NCBI RefSeq assembly: GCF_009834535.1
Contig: NC_045696.1
Span: 98,024,001 to 98,088,000, forward strand
From: Camelus ferus
Lineage: Eukaryota
Reading direction: 5' to 3'
DNA length: 64,000 nucleotides
The notes beneath the pieces were generated by a model that worked only from the letters and a program-made list of their open reading frames with translations, ran no database searches and was not told the DNA's origin. Position 1 is the first letter of the stretch. Each line of letters begins with the position of its first letter. Made by a program: the position numbers and the translations under genes. Positions 35,626 through 49,916 of the stretch are shown here, piece after piece.

Positions 35626-36791
35626 ACCTTTTTACTGGCAAGACCATGACATCTCTGGTACGCTGCTATGATAAAAGTCAGAAAATTATGGTAACTGGTT
35701 GGGTAATGTAGTTGTTAAGGTTAATCTGTTTCACAAGACATGAAAAGGTGAATTTGTCATTCTTCTAGGAAGTTGAGAAATAGCTCCCTAATGTGATCAC
35801 ACCCTTCTCTCCCCGTCTCTTCCATCCAGCCCAAACACAACCAGAAGAACAGCACAGCAAGCACAAGTCTCTGCTCAGTAAATGCTGAGTGGAAGCCTAG
35901 CAGGAAGCTGACAACACCAGTTGGAAAAATGAAATAGCTGCTTTAGAACAAGTGATTTATTTGTAAAGATGGTATTGCTATTCTCAAACCAATTATACCA
36001 CCGTTTCCTCTAGTGTAGGCCTCGACCTTGGGACACTTGTTAAAATGCAAATTTGTGGTCCTTAGCCCAGACTGCCACCCTCTGGGAGACTCTCTTGAAT
36101 CCTTTCCCCCATCCCTACCACGGCAGGGAGACCACTGATGCCCTAGGGAAGACCACCTGGTTACTTGACATTATAAACCTCCTTTGCAGGAAGTGGAAAT
36201 GTGGGGGCAATGAATGGGTTTCCACTTATTCAAAGTCTTTAGGATTAGAAGAGTCGGAGCTCTTTAAGGAATATAAAGGCCATATGTGAATTGTACCAGC
36301 CTGGGGAGAGGGAAAACGGAGTGATGCTTCCGGGTCTGAATTGCTCCTTTTCATACTGATAAATGGACCTGAAAGAATGGAGTTTCCATCTTTCACCCAG
36401 GAACCCTCCTGCCATCAGTGGCCCTTGATCACCTTCTTCTTGAAGCCTAACTGTCCAGGCTGGGCTTCTGCAGTTTGTGGTTCTGGGGCCAAAAGGGCCT
36501 GGTGACAACCAGAACTGGTAAGCTTCCCTTAGGAACAAGCTCCTCTCTGCCCCATCCCCCAGCAAGTTTCAGTAAAAGTAGTCACTACAGGTGTTTCATG
36601 CATATTTGCAGAAACAAAAACTTTACAGCTGTTACCACATTGAACCAAATTGGGACATTTTGAAGTTGCTACAGTCTACTCTTGCATGTTTTCTTAATTG
36701 AGGTTACCAACAGTGGCTAGTTTTCCTGGGCCTGTTCTGCATTCAGCTTCAGTAGGTATGAGATCACAGCTTCTCAAAATGTGATGCGACT

Positions 36792-37790
36792 AAGACATCC
36801 ATATGGCCACAGGCACATGAAAAATGCCCAATATTTGCTAATTATTAGAGAAATGCAAATCAAAACCACAATGAGGTACCACCTCACACCAGTCAGAATG
36901 GCCATCATTAAAAAGTCTACAAATAATAAATGCTGGAGAGGGTGTGGAGAAAAAGGAACCTTCCCATACTGTTGGTGTGACTATAAATTGGTGCAGCCAC
37001 TATGGAGAACAGTATGGAGGTGCCTTAAAAAACTAACAATAGAGTTATCATATAATCCAGCAATCCCACTCCTGGACACTTATCTAGAGAAAACTCTAAT
37101 TTAAAAAGATACATGCACCCCAATGTTCATAGCAGCACTATTTATAATAGCTAAGGCATGGAAGTAACCTAAATGATGAATGGATAAAGAAGATGTTATA
37201 TATATACAGTGGAATATTATTCAGCCATAAAAGAGAATGGAATAATACCATTTGCAGCAACATGGATGGACCTAGTGATTATCATAGTAAGTGAAGTAAA
37301 TCAGCTAGAGAAGGACAAATATCATCATATGATATCATTTATATGTGGAATCTAAAAAATATATACAAATGAACTTATTTACAAACCAGAAATAGACTCA
37401 CAGACATAGAAAACAAACTCTGGTTACTAAAGGGGAAGAGGTTGAGGGGAAGGATAATTAGGAGTTTGGGATTAACATATACACACTACTATATATAAAA
37501 TAAATATATATATAGTATATTTACAGCAAGGATCCATTGTGAAGTAGTTTTGTATCCTCATTTTACAGGATGAAGAAGGTTTTGTATCCCTGTATAGCAC
37601 AGGGAACTATATTCAATATCTCGTAGTAGTCTGTAATGGAAAAGAACCAGAAAAAGAATGTGTGTGTAAATATATATGTATGTCTATGTGTATATATGTA
37701 TATATATGTGTGTGTATAGCTGAACCACTTTGTTGTACACCTAAAAGTAACACAACATTGTATATCAAATATACTTCAATAAAAAAAATT
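36792..37790 (+). mobile_element. ~1 kb 5'-truncated L1 (ORF2 C-terminus + 3' UTR) inserted in a MER5-like element
   Basis: ORF 36781..37104 gives [37 protein letters not shown] (L1 ORF2 cysteine-rich end). A tail at ~37780; MER5 motifs on both flanks. Confidence 0.92.
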
Positions 37791-38579
37791 TTAATGTGCC
37801 CACAAATTGCCTGGGGATTTTGTTAAAATATAAAAATGCAGATTCTGACTTAGTGGTCTTGGAGGATTTCAGGTTGTGGACCAACTTTGAATATCAAGGT
37901 ATTCGAACATTCTGGACTATAAGGCTTTGCGGTAGTAGATGACATGCACGTTGTAGTGAGACAAATGTTTAAGACTCATTTGTTTATTTTTTCCTGTGAA
38001 ATTTAAACTGGCAGGATTTCTGATTCCTAAAAGAAAGATTTAATTTAAAAAGAAAATCTGTACTCTGCATGAGTACATATAACTACTAGCCACTTAAATC
38101 TATGCTAAATGCGTACATGCAGCCTGGTTGGTTCAAATTAATTTTTAGCTGGCTTTGGAATGCATTACATAATTTTTTGGCAGGATACTTACCTTCCTAA
38201 TTATGTTTTGTTTAAGATAGTGCTGAAATCAGTTTGCATTCCCTTGAGCACACATACTAATTGGTGGTCGAAGCAACTGACCTAGAAATATATTCCAAAG
38301 CAGAGGGCAAGCTGCTGGCCTAAGACACAAATGGTTCCCACAGACTGTCCATGAAATAGATGTCCCACATCTGGCCAGACATAGGAACTAACTAGATAAC
38401 TAACTTCTTAAAACTTTGCCCTTAATTGATAACTCACAAAATTCATACCCAGAATTGTTGTCAGTGACCACAACCCTGTCCATTTCTAATTGGAAGCTTA
38501 GTTTCAAGAAAGATTATCCTGTGAGGCCAAAAGTCCACAAATTGCAAAGGCCTGGCGACTAGTTACATTGCCCTCAAAA

Positions 38580-40280
38580 AAAAATCTTCTGAGATAGGAT
38601 TCACATACTATGAAAAGTATACAATTTAAAGTGAACCATTTAAAGAATACGATTAAGTGGTTTTTAGTATATTCACAGAGTTGTGCAAAGATCACCACAG
38701 TCTAAGCTTAGACTATTTTCATCACCCAAAAAGAAACCTGTACCCATTAGAACTCCTTGTTCTCTCCTTTTCCCTCAGCCCTTAGCCAACTGCTAATCTT
38801 CCTTCTGTCTCTGCAGATTTGTCTATAGAGATTTGCGTATATGTAGTCTTTTGTAACTGGCTTCTTTCACTTGGCAAAATGTTTTCATGGTTCTTCCATG
38901 TTGTGGCATGCATCAGTATTTCATTCCTTTTTATGGCTGAATATTTCATTATATGGATATATCACATCTTAGTTATCCATTTCATAGATAAATATGTTGG
39001 TAGACTTTTGGATAGTTTCCACTGTTTAGCTATTATGAATAACGCTGCTGTGAATATTAGATTCCAAGTTTTTGCGTGAATATATGTTTTCCTTTCTCCT
39101 GGATATATATCAAGAGTAGATTTGCTAGATCATATGGTAACTCTGTGTTTACCATTTCAAGAACTGCCAGGCTGTTTTCCAAAGTTTTAAGTATCACTTT
39201 GCATCCCCACTAGTACGAGGGTTCCAATTTCTTTACGTCTTAGCCAATACTTGTTATTGTCTTTTTTATTATAGCTATCCTAATAGGTTTGGAGTGGTAT
39301 CTCGTTGTGGTTTTGACTTGCATTTCCCTAATGACTAGTGATGTTGAACATTTTTCATGTGCTTATTGGCCATTTGAATATTTTCTTTGGAGAAATGTCT
39401 GTTCAAACACTTTACTCATTTTTTAACTGAGCTGGTTTTTTATTACTAAGTTGGAAGAGTTCTTCATATATTCTTGATACAGGTCCCTTATCAGATATAC
39501 ATGATATGCATATAGATATGATTTGCAAATATATCCTCCCATTCTGTGGGTTGGCTTTCCACTTAGTGCATTTTGCAGCACAAAAGTTTTACATTTCTTC
39601 ATAGTCAGATTTATTTATTTTTCTTTTTTATTTATGTTTTTGGTGTTATATCTAAGAAACCATTGCCTAACCCAAAGTCATGAAGATTTACTCTTATGTT
39701 TTCTTCTAAGAGTTTTGTACGTTCAATTCTTAAATTTAGGTCTGTAATCCATTTAGAGTTAATTTTTGTGTGTGGTGTGAAATAGAGATACAGCTTCTTT
39801 CTTCTGCATGTGAATATTGAGTTGTCCCAGTACCACTTGTTGAAAACACTTTTGTTTCCCCATTGAATTGTCTTGGCACCTTTGTTGAAAATCAGTTGTC
39901 TATAAATGTGACAATTCTATTTCCGGACTCAATTCTATTCCATTCATATATATGTCTATACTAATGCTAGTTCCACACTGTCTTGATTTCTGCAGTTCTG
40001 TATTAATTTGGAATTGCGAAGAGTGAGTTCTCTATTTTTTAATCTTGTTTCAAGATTGTTTTGGCTATTCTGGGTCCCTTATATTTCCATACGAATTTTA
40101 GGATCAGTTTACTAATTTCTGCAGTAAAGGAAGCTGAGATTTTGATAGGATTGCATTGAATTTGTAGATCAATTTGAGGAGTATTAATAACTTAACAGTT
40201 TAAGCCTTCTGATCCATGAACATGGGATGTCTTTTCATTTACTAAAATCTCTCCTTTCTTTCAACAATGTTTAGTATTTT
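38580..40280 (-). mobile_element. Old L1 (L1MB-like) 3' portion, ~1.7 kb
   Basis: Continuous antisense L1 3' UTR/ORF2 sequence, e.g. gtgcttattggccatttgaatattttctttggagaaatgtct. Confidence 0.9.
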
Positions 40281-40484
40281 ATTGCCTTTTAAAACACAAC
40301 AAAACTCAAACAAATCAGGCTTGTTAGCTGCAGAAACCAGACATGACAGCTGATTTTCATATCCACTAGATACTCTAAATCTATATTTTCCATTAAAATC
40401 TGAATATCATTGAGCTTTATACATGAACAACATTTTGTCCCATCACAGGACAACCTTTATAAAACTGTACTTTGGCATTATTAT

Positions 40485-40685
40485 TAGTAATAGCTGACAC
40501 ATACCTGATGCTAAGCTTCTTATACATATTAACTCATCTCCCCAACAATTGAATGAAGTACTCTCTAATTCCCACTTTAGAGGTGAGGCACAGAGCTTGC
40601 CCAAAATTATGCAGGTAGTAAATTTCAGAGCCGGGATTTGAGCCAGGTGACCTACCTCTCCAGTCTGTACACTAACCACTGTTTG
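40485..40685. mobile_element. MIR
   Basis: attaactcatct...gaggcacagagcttgcccaa...cagagccgggatttgagccagg. Confidence 0.75.
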
Positions 40686-41694
40686 GCAATGTGTGAACGT
40701 TGTGCCTTACTCAAAAGTTGCAGAATAATTTGTGTATGGTGAAAAGTAACTCTCCCCTGCTACACTGTCCCCCCAGAAACCATGTTCTCCTCCTTAGAGT
40801 GGCATTATCTTCTTGACTTTTTCTGTGGCTTTAAGTAAACTCACTAAGGAATTCCACAGAAAACCCACTGTTGTGGCTTTTCCTGTGGACTGTTGAAGAT
40901 GTCTGCTTTGTTACACAATTTCCTCTTTCAGAGGATCCATGGGGAAATTTTCACATTGGTCTTGGTATCAGAAAGAATGTTGCACTCCTTAGTATTTCGT
41001 TTTTTTCTTATAGACATTTTGAGTTTCCCTCTTTTTTTTTTTTAAAGCCACTTAGAGGCTTAGAGCAAAATTTGCAACTGCTTTGAGTAGCTATTTAGGC
41101 TCTCCATCCTGCATTTATTTGTGCTTTAACTTTTTTCCCCATTATTATCCTGCCTGACTTGTTTATGAAGTTGCTTGAGATCCTTTGGAATTGGGGAAGG
41201 AATGTGGAATTAATTAGTAAATAATTAAGTGATCAGAGGTTTCTAGTGGGAGTAGAGCACAGAAGATGAAATTTCAGCTCAATCTGGGTGACTCTGGAGG
41301 TTTTTGTAGTGAGTCGTCAGTAAAATGAAAATTTCATAAATTAGAGAGACAGGGCTAACTGATCCAGATGGGAATAACCTTCTGTAATTAGTTTAAAATC
41401 TTAAAAAGACAAAGTAATTGCTTGATTTTTCAATCTTACTTTTATTATTTATTCTACCAGTAATATAATATAATAACAATATGAATGTGGCCGAATAGGA
41501 GGGATAAAGTTGTCCAGGTTCTTCAACTCTTGAACATTTCAAATATTTTCACCTTTCAAGTTTTAGTTATCATATTTGTTATCTTTTAGCTACCATATTT
41601 GTTATCTTTTAGCTAGTGAGTTAAATAATTTAAATTAACTATTATAAGACTGAAAATTAAGAGAATCTCTTTGACAATTACCTTTTCCTTAAAA

Positions 41695-42210
41695 TTCCTT
41701 ATCAGGGCATAATTTATATACAGTGATTTCACTTTTTAAAAGGATATAATTCGATGAACTTTGACAAATATATACAGTTGTATAACTATCACCACAATTA
41801 TCCCCCACACTTCCCTTCTGTATATTTGTGGTCAATCCCATCCCAGATCTGATTTCTGTTCATATACATTTACCTTTTCTAGAATTTCAAATAAATGCAA
41901 TCATACGGTATGTATGCTTTCGTGTCTGGCTTCTTTTACTTAGCATAATGCTTCTGAGATTTATTCATGTTGTTGAGTATCAGTGGTTCATTGCTTTCTG
42001 TTCCTGAGTAGAATTCTTTTGTATGCATACACCACAATGTATTTATCGATTCAGCAGATGGATATTGGAGTTGCTTCTACTTGGGTTTTATGAATAAAGC
42101 TTCCATGAATATTCAAGTACAAGGAGTGAGATTGCTGCGTTGTATAGTATGGTATATTTAACTTTATAGGAATGGCAGTTAACTTTCAAAGTTCACTGCC
42201 AAAGTTGGCT
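41695..42210 (-). mobile_element. Old L1 (L1MC/MB-like) 3' end
   Basis: ttttctagaatttcaaataaatgcaatcatacggtatg...tctggcttcttttacttagcataatg. Confidence 0.75.
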
Positions 42211-43609
42211 ACAATCATGAAAAATGGAGGTTATTGTTTTTATACAAATTGATTATGTCTTAGGATGACCTTATGTCCACTCATGGTACAGTGAGAGAGA
42301 AGGGAACCTAAGTCCCCATGTGTATTACCAGAGAATTACATTTTTTAAGCACATCAGTGCCATCTGCTTCTACTTGTCCAGCATGTGTATACTCAGGGCC
42401 TCATTTGAGAAGGATTAGAAAACATGACCCCGTGGTTCATTACAATCTGAAGTCTTTGTGATCTATCAACTACAGGAGTTTTGCCTAAAGAGCAGAAAAC
42501 ATGGAGAAAGAACCTTGTCAAACCACAAGGTCACAACATATATATTATAGGAAGTACTGTCTTGTGAATGGCACAATTCGGTCCTCAAAACAGCCCATCA
42601 GGTAACCCAGCTGGATACATGATATTTTCACAAGGCCACTGGGACTCTAGCAACAGTTTAATTCTTCTTTAAAAAAAAAATTAAGCTTCCAGCTTAAATA
42701 AAACCCTAAAGGCTGCAACAAGTACCCCCATCCAACCTGAACCCTCTTCACATCACTGAACTACACCCCGTCCCTCAAGCTCACCGCATCTCTGAGTTCA
42801 GTCTCAGCCTCGAACCTCTAAGGTGAGAGTGAGGTTGAGGGATGTCTATTGAGCACAATGTTTGAAAACAAAAAAGAGTTTTATTTTTTGTTTTGTTTTG
42901 CACTATTTTTTTCTTTTCCATGAGGTGAAAATGACTTTCTTTAGTTCATGCAGAATTATTGTCCCTATATTTCAGGTGATGTAACTGAGACTTGGAGAAG
43001 TTAGAAGATTGCTCAGGGTCATTTTAGTAAAGAGTAGTGAGTCTGGGCCTCTTAAGCTGTGCTGCCTCACTGAAATTTAAGTGGGAGGCAAAACATTCCC
43101 CAGAATGTAGGCCCTCAGAGATACTCATTGCCAACGTAGGCAGGCAGTATGTCAATAAGCTCCCACCATCTGCTTCTCCTTTTGATAGAGAGGAAAAAAG
43201 GGGGCATTGGATTTTTTGAAGAAGAGTCTCTAAGAGAGAAAGAGGCAGAAAGTAGAAGATGGATGAATGTGAGAGGAAGGCTGAGAGAGGCCTCTAGCCC
43301 ATGGGCAGGCAGAGAAGGAGTGGGGGTGGGAATGAAAAAGTGCAAAGATAGCACCGGGTCCTGAAAAGCTGGTGTCAGAGGACATATGTTACTTCCCTCC
43401 CAGAAATTCCCAAGCAGCTCCTAGAATAGATTCGGCCACTTACTCCTGATTCCAGGGAGGGCTCTCTGAACAAAGGCTTGATGATTTCTTGGAATGTCCT
43501 AAACTCCTGAAATAGCCCCACCTGTCTAAAAGTCTTCTTATGGAGGACAAAATATTTCACCGACAATGAGAGAGAAAAAGAAGTTCTGGTTGAAGGAAGA
43601 GAGACACTT

Positions 43610-43830
43610 ACTTTGAGAGCAAATTGAGTATCAGGCACAGTAAGGGGTAAGAAGTGCACGTATGATCTCAATCTTTCCAACAGCCCTGGGCGGGAGATAT
43701 TACTAGCTCCCTTTTGCAGACAAAAATGATGAAACTGAGAGGTCAAGAAATTGTTTACCTTCAAGGCGTGAATATGCCTTTTATGAGCCAGTAAATAGAC
43801 TCTGCCCAGAGGTATTTTTGTCATGCATGA
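43610..43830. mobile_element. MIR
   Basis: cccttttgcagacaaaaatgatgaaactgagaggtcaag core. Confidence 0.6.
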
Positions 43831-46275
43831 GTACATATCATTTTGCTTGAAATGATTACTGAAGATTTTTGAAAATAGGCTTCTTAATAAAGCAACATGT
43901 TTTCAGAAGGCGCATTGATAGATGCATCACTATTTCGCACATAGAGCAATTATAGGAACCTATAATTCTTGAAACCATGAATACCTAGTGCTGTTGTGGT
44001 CATTTGTAAATTGAAAAGGTGTTTATGTAGAAGTAGAAATTTCCTCAGTCCTGGTACTTAAGCTTTTTAAGGGAAATTTAAGTTTTTTCCCAAATACATA
44101 TTTTAAGCACTTTTTTTCCATTAAGGTGAGACCAAGTGACTTTTTACTATTCTGCATAGATAGACATGGTCCTTGAGCTATAAAATACTAACTCACTTCT
44201 GGTTCTAATTACATGGCTCTTAAAGACACGTATCTGGTGCTTTCACTTTTCCTTCTGATGAACTTTCAAGTTTGTTATGACCAGATACAATGTTTGTTTC
44301 CCCAAATATTTCAGATTTGGCTCTGTTGGATGATGGAGATAATTTTTGATTTGGATGTAAACAGCCTTAACCATTTGCTAAACCACCCACGTTGTTAACC
44401 TTTACTGGTAAGGATTTCGGACTCACAGTCTCCTAACATCTCTATTCCGGAAACAACTGCAATCAATAGTTTAAGGATTTGTGGGTATGCTGACTCCATG
44501 CAGCATGGACTGACCTTGAGCTGAAGATTTTTCTCTGTCAGTTTGCATCAGGAAAACCCCTTCTGCAGCCCAGGATCTTCCTTGAATACTACAGAGCAAA
44601 AAGCCGTCACCAGAATTTGATACTACGTTGCTCCACTGCCAAACAGGGGACTGCAGCCCAAACACTTCTGTCATGGTACATCATTAGGACTCAGCCGGCT
44701 GCTGGCCTGGCCAAAAGCTTAGGAGAGGTGATACTATCTAACCTTGCTGGGCCTATCAGGAAATTAGCATGTGAACTCTTTGGCAAGTTCTCCTGGTGTC
44801 AGCTGAGGGCAGCCCTTTCTGGAGGCAAGTGGGCTCTCCCAAAGGGAGACGAGGCAGAGCTGCCCAGCCACCTGCCCTGAAGTGATCCTCCCTTATGATT
44901 CTGGCGTGTTAAGCTAGAATCAAATTCAAATTCATCAAGAAACTGTGTGGCCACTGTATGTGAAAGTCACAAAGGGATGTCTGTAAGAAAGGGACCAGAC
45001 CCCCCAGAGACCAGCAGAAGAATAGCTTTTATCAAACGTAACGGTTCTAGCAATCTGTCTGACAGACCTCCTAGACAAATAAGTTCTGAAAGACAAATAG
45101 GCTCTGAAAGAAATAGTAACTGTCTAGAAAAGGTGTTTTGATGCTTTTTGAGGTCAGGAGAAAAACTGCTTTAAAGGAACAGAGGCCCTGCGGCTAGCAG
45201 TTCCCAAGGAATATACTCAGCTGGTAGGGACAGCTGGGTGTTTCTGACACACCCGTGACACAGACAGCATGAAATGTTCCCTGCCTGCAGAATCTTCTGG
45301 ATTGGAGACTTAAAAGTTAAGGTCTTAAATGGCAGGTAAATAATCAAGACTACTGGTTAATGTTTAAGGTGAAGTTTAAATAAGGAAAAGAAGAAAAAGG
45401 AAGGCAGAGGTTAATACAGGAATCCATATTCTTTAAAGATTTGATTTTTCCATTTTGGAGATTTTATAGGATTTTCTTTATATTTTTATTGATTTCAAAA
45501 AGATTGAAAGTTGGGCAGGGCTAAAATAAATAGAACACTGTGTAATTGTCTCAGTTTAAAAAAATATGAAAATAGATAACTAGAGCAGTATTTCAATACT
45601 GAAATGGATTTTTTAACTGACTGTAAGAAAGGGACAGAATAGGCTATTTATTATTATAAATGTATTTTTAATTATTTTACTTCACTTTTGAATAGATAAT
45701 TTTTTTAATAGTCCAAAATAAGCATAAAAAGTTTATGGTGAAAAATCTTCCAACCCCTGTCCTACTTTCTACACGGAACCATTTCATGCACATATAAGAA
45801 CCACTCCCTATTTTTATGCAAATAGAAATAACCCATGCATCTTGTTAAGTGGTACCCTGCAAGGGAGTGGCCAAGCTGGTGGAGTAGGAAGACTCTGAGC
45901 TCACCTCCTAACATGGGCACACCAATATCACAACTATTTATAGAGAAATTATTGAAAAGAAAAACTGGAAGACCAGCAGAAAAGATCTCCTACGACTAAA
46001 AAGATAAAGAAGGAACCACAACCAAGTAGGAGGGATGGAGACATGGTATATAGTCCAGATCCACACCCCTGAATGGGCAACCCACAAACAGGAGGGTAAT
46101 TACAACTGCAGAGGTTCTCCACACAAGGCAAGTGATCTGAGCCCCACATTGAGCTTCCCAGCCCAGAGGTTCTGTACCAGGAAGACAAGCAAGCAGAACA
46201 TTTGGCTTTGAAGGTCAGTGGGACTTACTTACCTTGAGGAGAGCCAGAGGGCTGTGGGAATTAGACCCTACTGTT

Positions 46276-47183
46276 TAAAAAAAAATTTTTTTTATTGAAG
46301 TATAGTCAGTTTACAATGTTGTGTCAATTTCTGGTGTACAGCATAATGTTTCAGTCATACATATACATACAGATATTCCTTTTCATATTCTTCATTATGG
46401 GTTACTACAAGATTGAATATAGTTCCCCATGCTATACAGAAGAAACTTGTTCTATATTTATTTTATATACAGTAGTTAGTATCTGCAAATCTCAAACTCC
46501 TAATTTATCCCTTCTCACTCCCTTTCCCTACTGGTAACCATAAGTTTGTTTTTTTTATGTCTGTGAGTCTGTTTCTGTTTTATAAGTAAGTTCATTTGTG
46601 TCTTTTTTTTTTTTTTTTTTTAAGATTCCACATATGAGTGATATCACATGGTATTTTTCTTTCTCTTTCTGGCTTACTTCACTTAGAAGGAAGATCTCCA
46701 GGCCCATCCATGTTGCTGCAAATGGCATTATTATTCTTTTTTTTAAATGGCTGAGTAGTATTCCATTGTATAAATATACCACCGCTTCTTTATCCAGTCA
46801 TCTGTCTATGGACATTTAGATTGCTTCCATGTCTTGGCTATTGTAAATAGTGCTGCTATCAACATTGAGGGTACATGTATCTTTGTGAATTAGAGTTTCC
46901 TCTGGATATATGCCCAGGATTGCTGGATCATATGGTAAGCCTATTTTTAGTTTTTTGAGGAATCTCCATACTGTTTTCTATAATGGCTGCACCAAACTAT
47001 ATTCCCACCAAGAGTGTAGGAGGGTTCCCTTTTCTGCACACTCTCTCCAGCATTTATTGTTTGTGGACTTTTTAATGATGGCCATTCTGACTGGTGTGAG
47101 GTGATTCCTCATTGTTTTGATTTGCATTTCTCTGATAACTAGTGATATTGAGCATTTTTTCATGTGCCTATTGGCCATTTGTA
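46276..47183 (-). mobile_element. Younger L1 3' end nested antisense in the 5' UTR of the L1 above
   Basis: Poly-T, then ttattgaagtatagtcagtttacaatgttgtg. ORF 46978..47196 gives [31 protein letters not shown]. Confidence 0.92.
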
Positions 47184-49117
47184 TTAGACTCCACACTTAA
47201 AGGGTGCACAAAATTTCACATGCTCAGGGACCCAGGCAGGAAGCAGCAATTTGAGAGGAGCCTTGGAGACTGATCTTGGAGACCCTCCTGGAGAGGCAGA
47301 AGGCAGCTGAGGCTTGTCCTAGGGACATAGACGCTGGCGGCAGCCATTTGGGGGAGCTGGTTCTACCACAAGGACACTGGTGCTGGCAAGCATCATTTTA
47401 GAATCCTCCCTCTAGCTTATTAGTGCTGGGACCCAGCTCCACCAGTCTGAGAGCCCCAGTACCGGGACATCTCAGGCCAAGCAACTAGTCAGGCAGAGAA
47501 CTAGCCCCAGCCGCTACCAGGCCCCTACCCTAAGACCTCCTAAGCCCACAGCCACTCTGAGACCCAACCCTGTCCAGTAGAGGGCCCAGGACCTGGCCCT
47601 GTACACCAATGCACTAGCACTAGCCCCTGGACCTCTAGGGCCCTGCAGCCAGGACCTGGTATCACCCACCAGTGGGTGGGCACCAGCCCCAGGAACATCA
47701 CAGCTCCTCAGTCAGTGGCCCTGGGATCCAGCTCCACATACCAGCAACCAGAAGCTTCCATACAAAGTAGGGTATAGCAACCAACTGGACTGAAGGCCAG
47801 CCATGACTTTCAGACTACCCACAGTAGTCAGCCTGCCACAACAGAAAGACCCCAATAAAGGGCACTCCTAGAGCACATAGCTCTGGTGACCAGAGGAGAG
47901 TGTTGCTGGGTCACATAGGATGTCTCCTACAAAGGCCACCTCTCCAAGGTTGAGAAATATAACCAACCTACCACATACATATAAATAAAAGCAGCAAATT
48001 AGGCAAGATGAGGTGACAGAGGAATATATTCCAAATGAAGGAACAAAATAAACCTCAGAAGAAGAACTAGATGAAGTGGAGATAGGCAATCTACTTGATA
48101 AAGAGTTTAAGGTAATGATTGTAAAGATGCTCAAAGAACTTGGGGGAAAAATGAGTGAACACAGTGAGAAGTTTAACAGTGTTAGAAGATATAAAGAAGA
48201 ACCAAAGAGAGATGAAGAATACAATAACTGAAGTACAATGCTCACTGGAAGGAATAAACAGTAGATTAGATGATACTAAGGAATGGATCAGGAAGCTGGA
48301 AGACAGAGTAGTGGAAATCACTGAAGCTGAACAGAAAAGAAGGAAAAAGAATAAGAAGAAATGAGGACAGTTTAGGAGATCTCTGGGACAACATCAAGCA
48401 TACTAACATTCACAATTTAGCAATCCCAAAAGAAGAGAGAAAGACAGGGTCAGAGAACATATTTGAAGACATAATAGCTGAAAACTTCCCTAACCTGGGA
48501 AAGGAAATGGACATCCAGGTCCAGGAAACAAAGAAAGTCTCCAACAGGATCAACTCAAAAAGGACCACAACAAGCCATATTGTAATTAAAATGACAAAAA
48601 TTAAGGATAAAGAGAGAATATTAAAAGCAGTAAGGGAAAAGCAAAAAGTTACGTACAAGGGAACTCCCATAAGGCCATGAGCTGACTTTTCAGTAGAAAC
48701 TGCAAGCCAGAAGCGGGTGGCATGATATATTTAAAGTGATGAAAGGGAAAAATCTACAACCAAGAATACTCTACCCAGCAAGGCTCTCATTCAGATTTGA
48801 TGGAGAAATCAAAAGCTTTATAGACAAGCAAAAGCTAATAGAGTTCAGCACCACCAAATCAGCTTTGCAAGAAATGTTAAAGGGATTTCTCTGAGTGAAA
48901 AAGGAAAGGCCACAATTAGAAAGATTAAAATTACAAAAGGAAAAAGCAAATATATAGTAAAAGCAGTAAATCAGCCATGTATAAAGCTAATAGGAAGGTT
49001 AGAAGACAAAAGTAGTAAAAGCATCTATCTCCACAATAAGTAGTTAAGGGATACACAGAACAAAATGATGTAAAATAAGATATCTAAACCAGCAAATGTT
49101 GGTGGGAGAGTAGAAAT

Positions 49118-49121
<4 letters not shown>

Positions 49122-49157
<36 letters not shown>
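49122..49157. repeat. (GT)18 microsatellite
   Basis: Direct reading. Confidence 0.95.
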
Positions 49158-49159
<2 letters not shown>

Positions 49160-49916
49160 ATATACCTCACAGTAATCAAATCCAAAAAACTATAATAGAC
49201 ACACAGAGAGAAAAAAGAAAGGAATCCAAACATCACATTAAGATAGTCATTAAATCACAACTGAAGAGAACAAAAGAAGGAACAAAAAAACTTACAAAAA
49301 CAACACAAAAACCAATTCACAAAATGGCAATAAATACATACCTGTCAATAATTACTTTAAATGTAAATGGAGTACACGCTTCAGTGAAAAGACAGAGTGG
49401 CTCAATGGATACAAAAACAAGAGCACTATATGTGCTGCCTACAAGAGACTCATCTCAGATCTAAAGACACACTCTGAAAGTGAGTGGATGGAAAAACACA
49501 TTCCATGCAAATGGAAGTGAAAAGAAAGCTGGGGTAGCAATACCAATATCAGAGAAATTAGACTTTAAAACAAAAACTGTAATAAGAAACTAAGAAGAAC
49601 ATTACATAATGATTAAGGGATCAATCCAAGAAGATAAAGTAATTGTAAACATACACGCATCCAACATAAGAACACCTAAATACATGAAGCAAGTATTAGC
49701 AGACAAAAAGGGAGAAACTGACAGTAATCCAATAATAGTACGGAACCTTAACACCCTACTTACATCAGTGAACACATAACCCAGACAGAAAATGAATGAG
49801 GAAACACTGGCTTTAAACAATACATTAGACCAAATGGACTTAATAGATAATATAGAATATTCCATCCAGAAGCAGCAGAATATAAATTCTTTTCAACTGC
49901 ACAAGTGTTACCTCAC

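Larger units (their letters stand above)
45862..49905 (+). mobile_element. 5' half of a degenerate L1: 5' UTR, ORF1 (~48008-48895), inter-ORF with (GT)n, ORF2 endonuclease start (ATG 49324); 3'-truncated
   Basis: ORF1 coiled-coil remnants (KKNQREMKNTITEV..LEGINSRLDDTKEWIRKLEDRVVEITEAEQK) and ORF2 start MAINTYLSIITLNVNG. Multiple stops and frameshifts. Confidence 0.88.

Noticed and set aside
48008..49905. L1 ORF1/ORF2 as functional or domesticated genes
   Set aside because: Multiple stops and frameshifts; only fragments of ~60-110 aa remain and the reverse transcriptase domain is absent.
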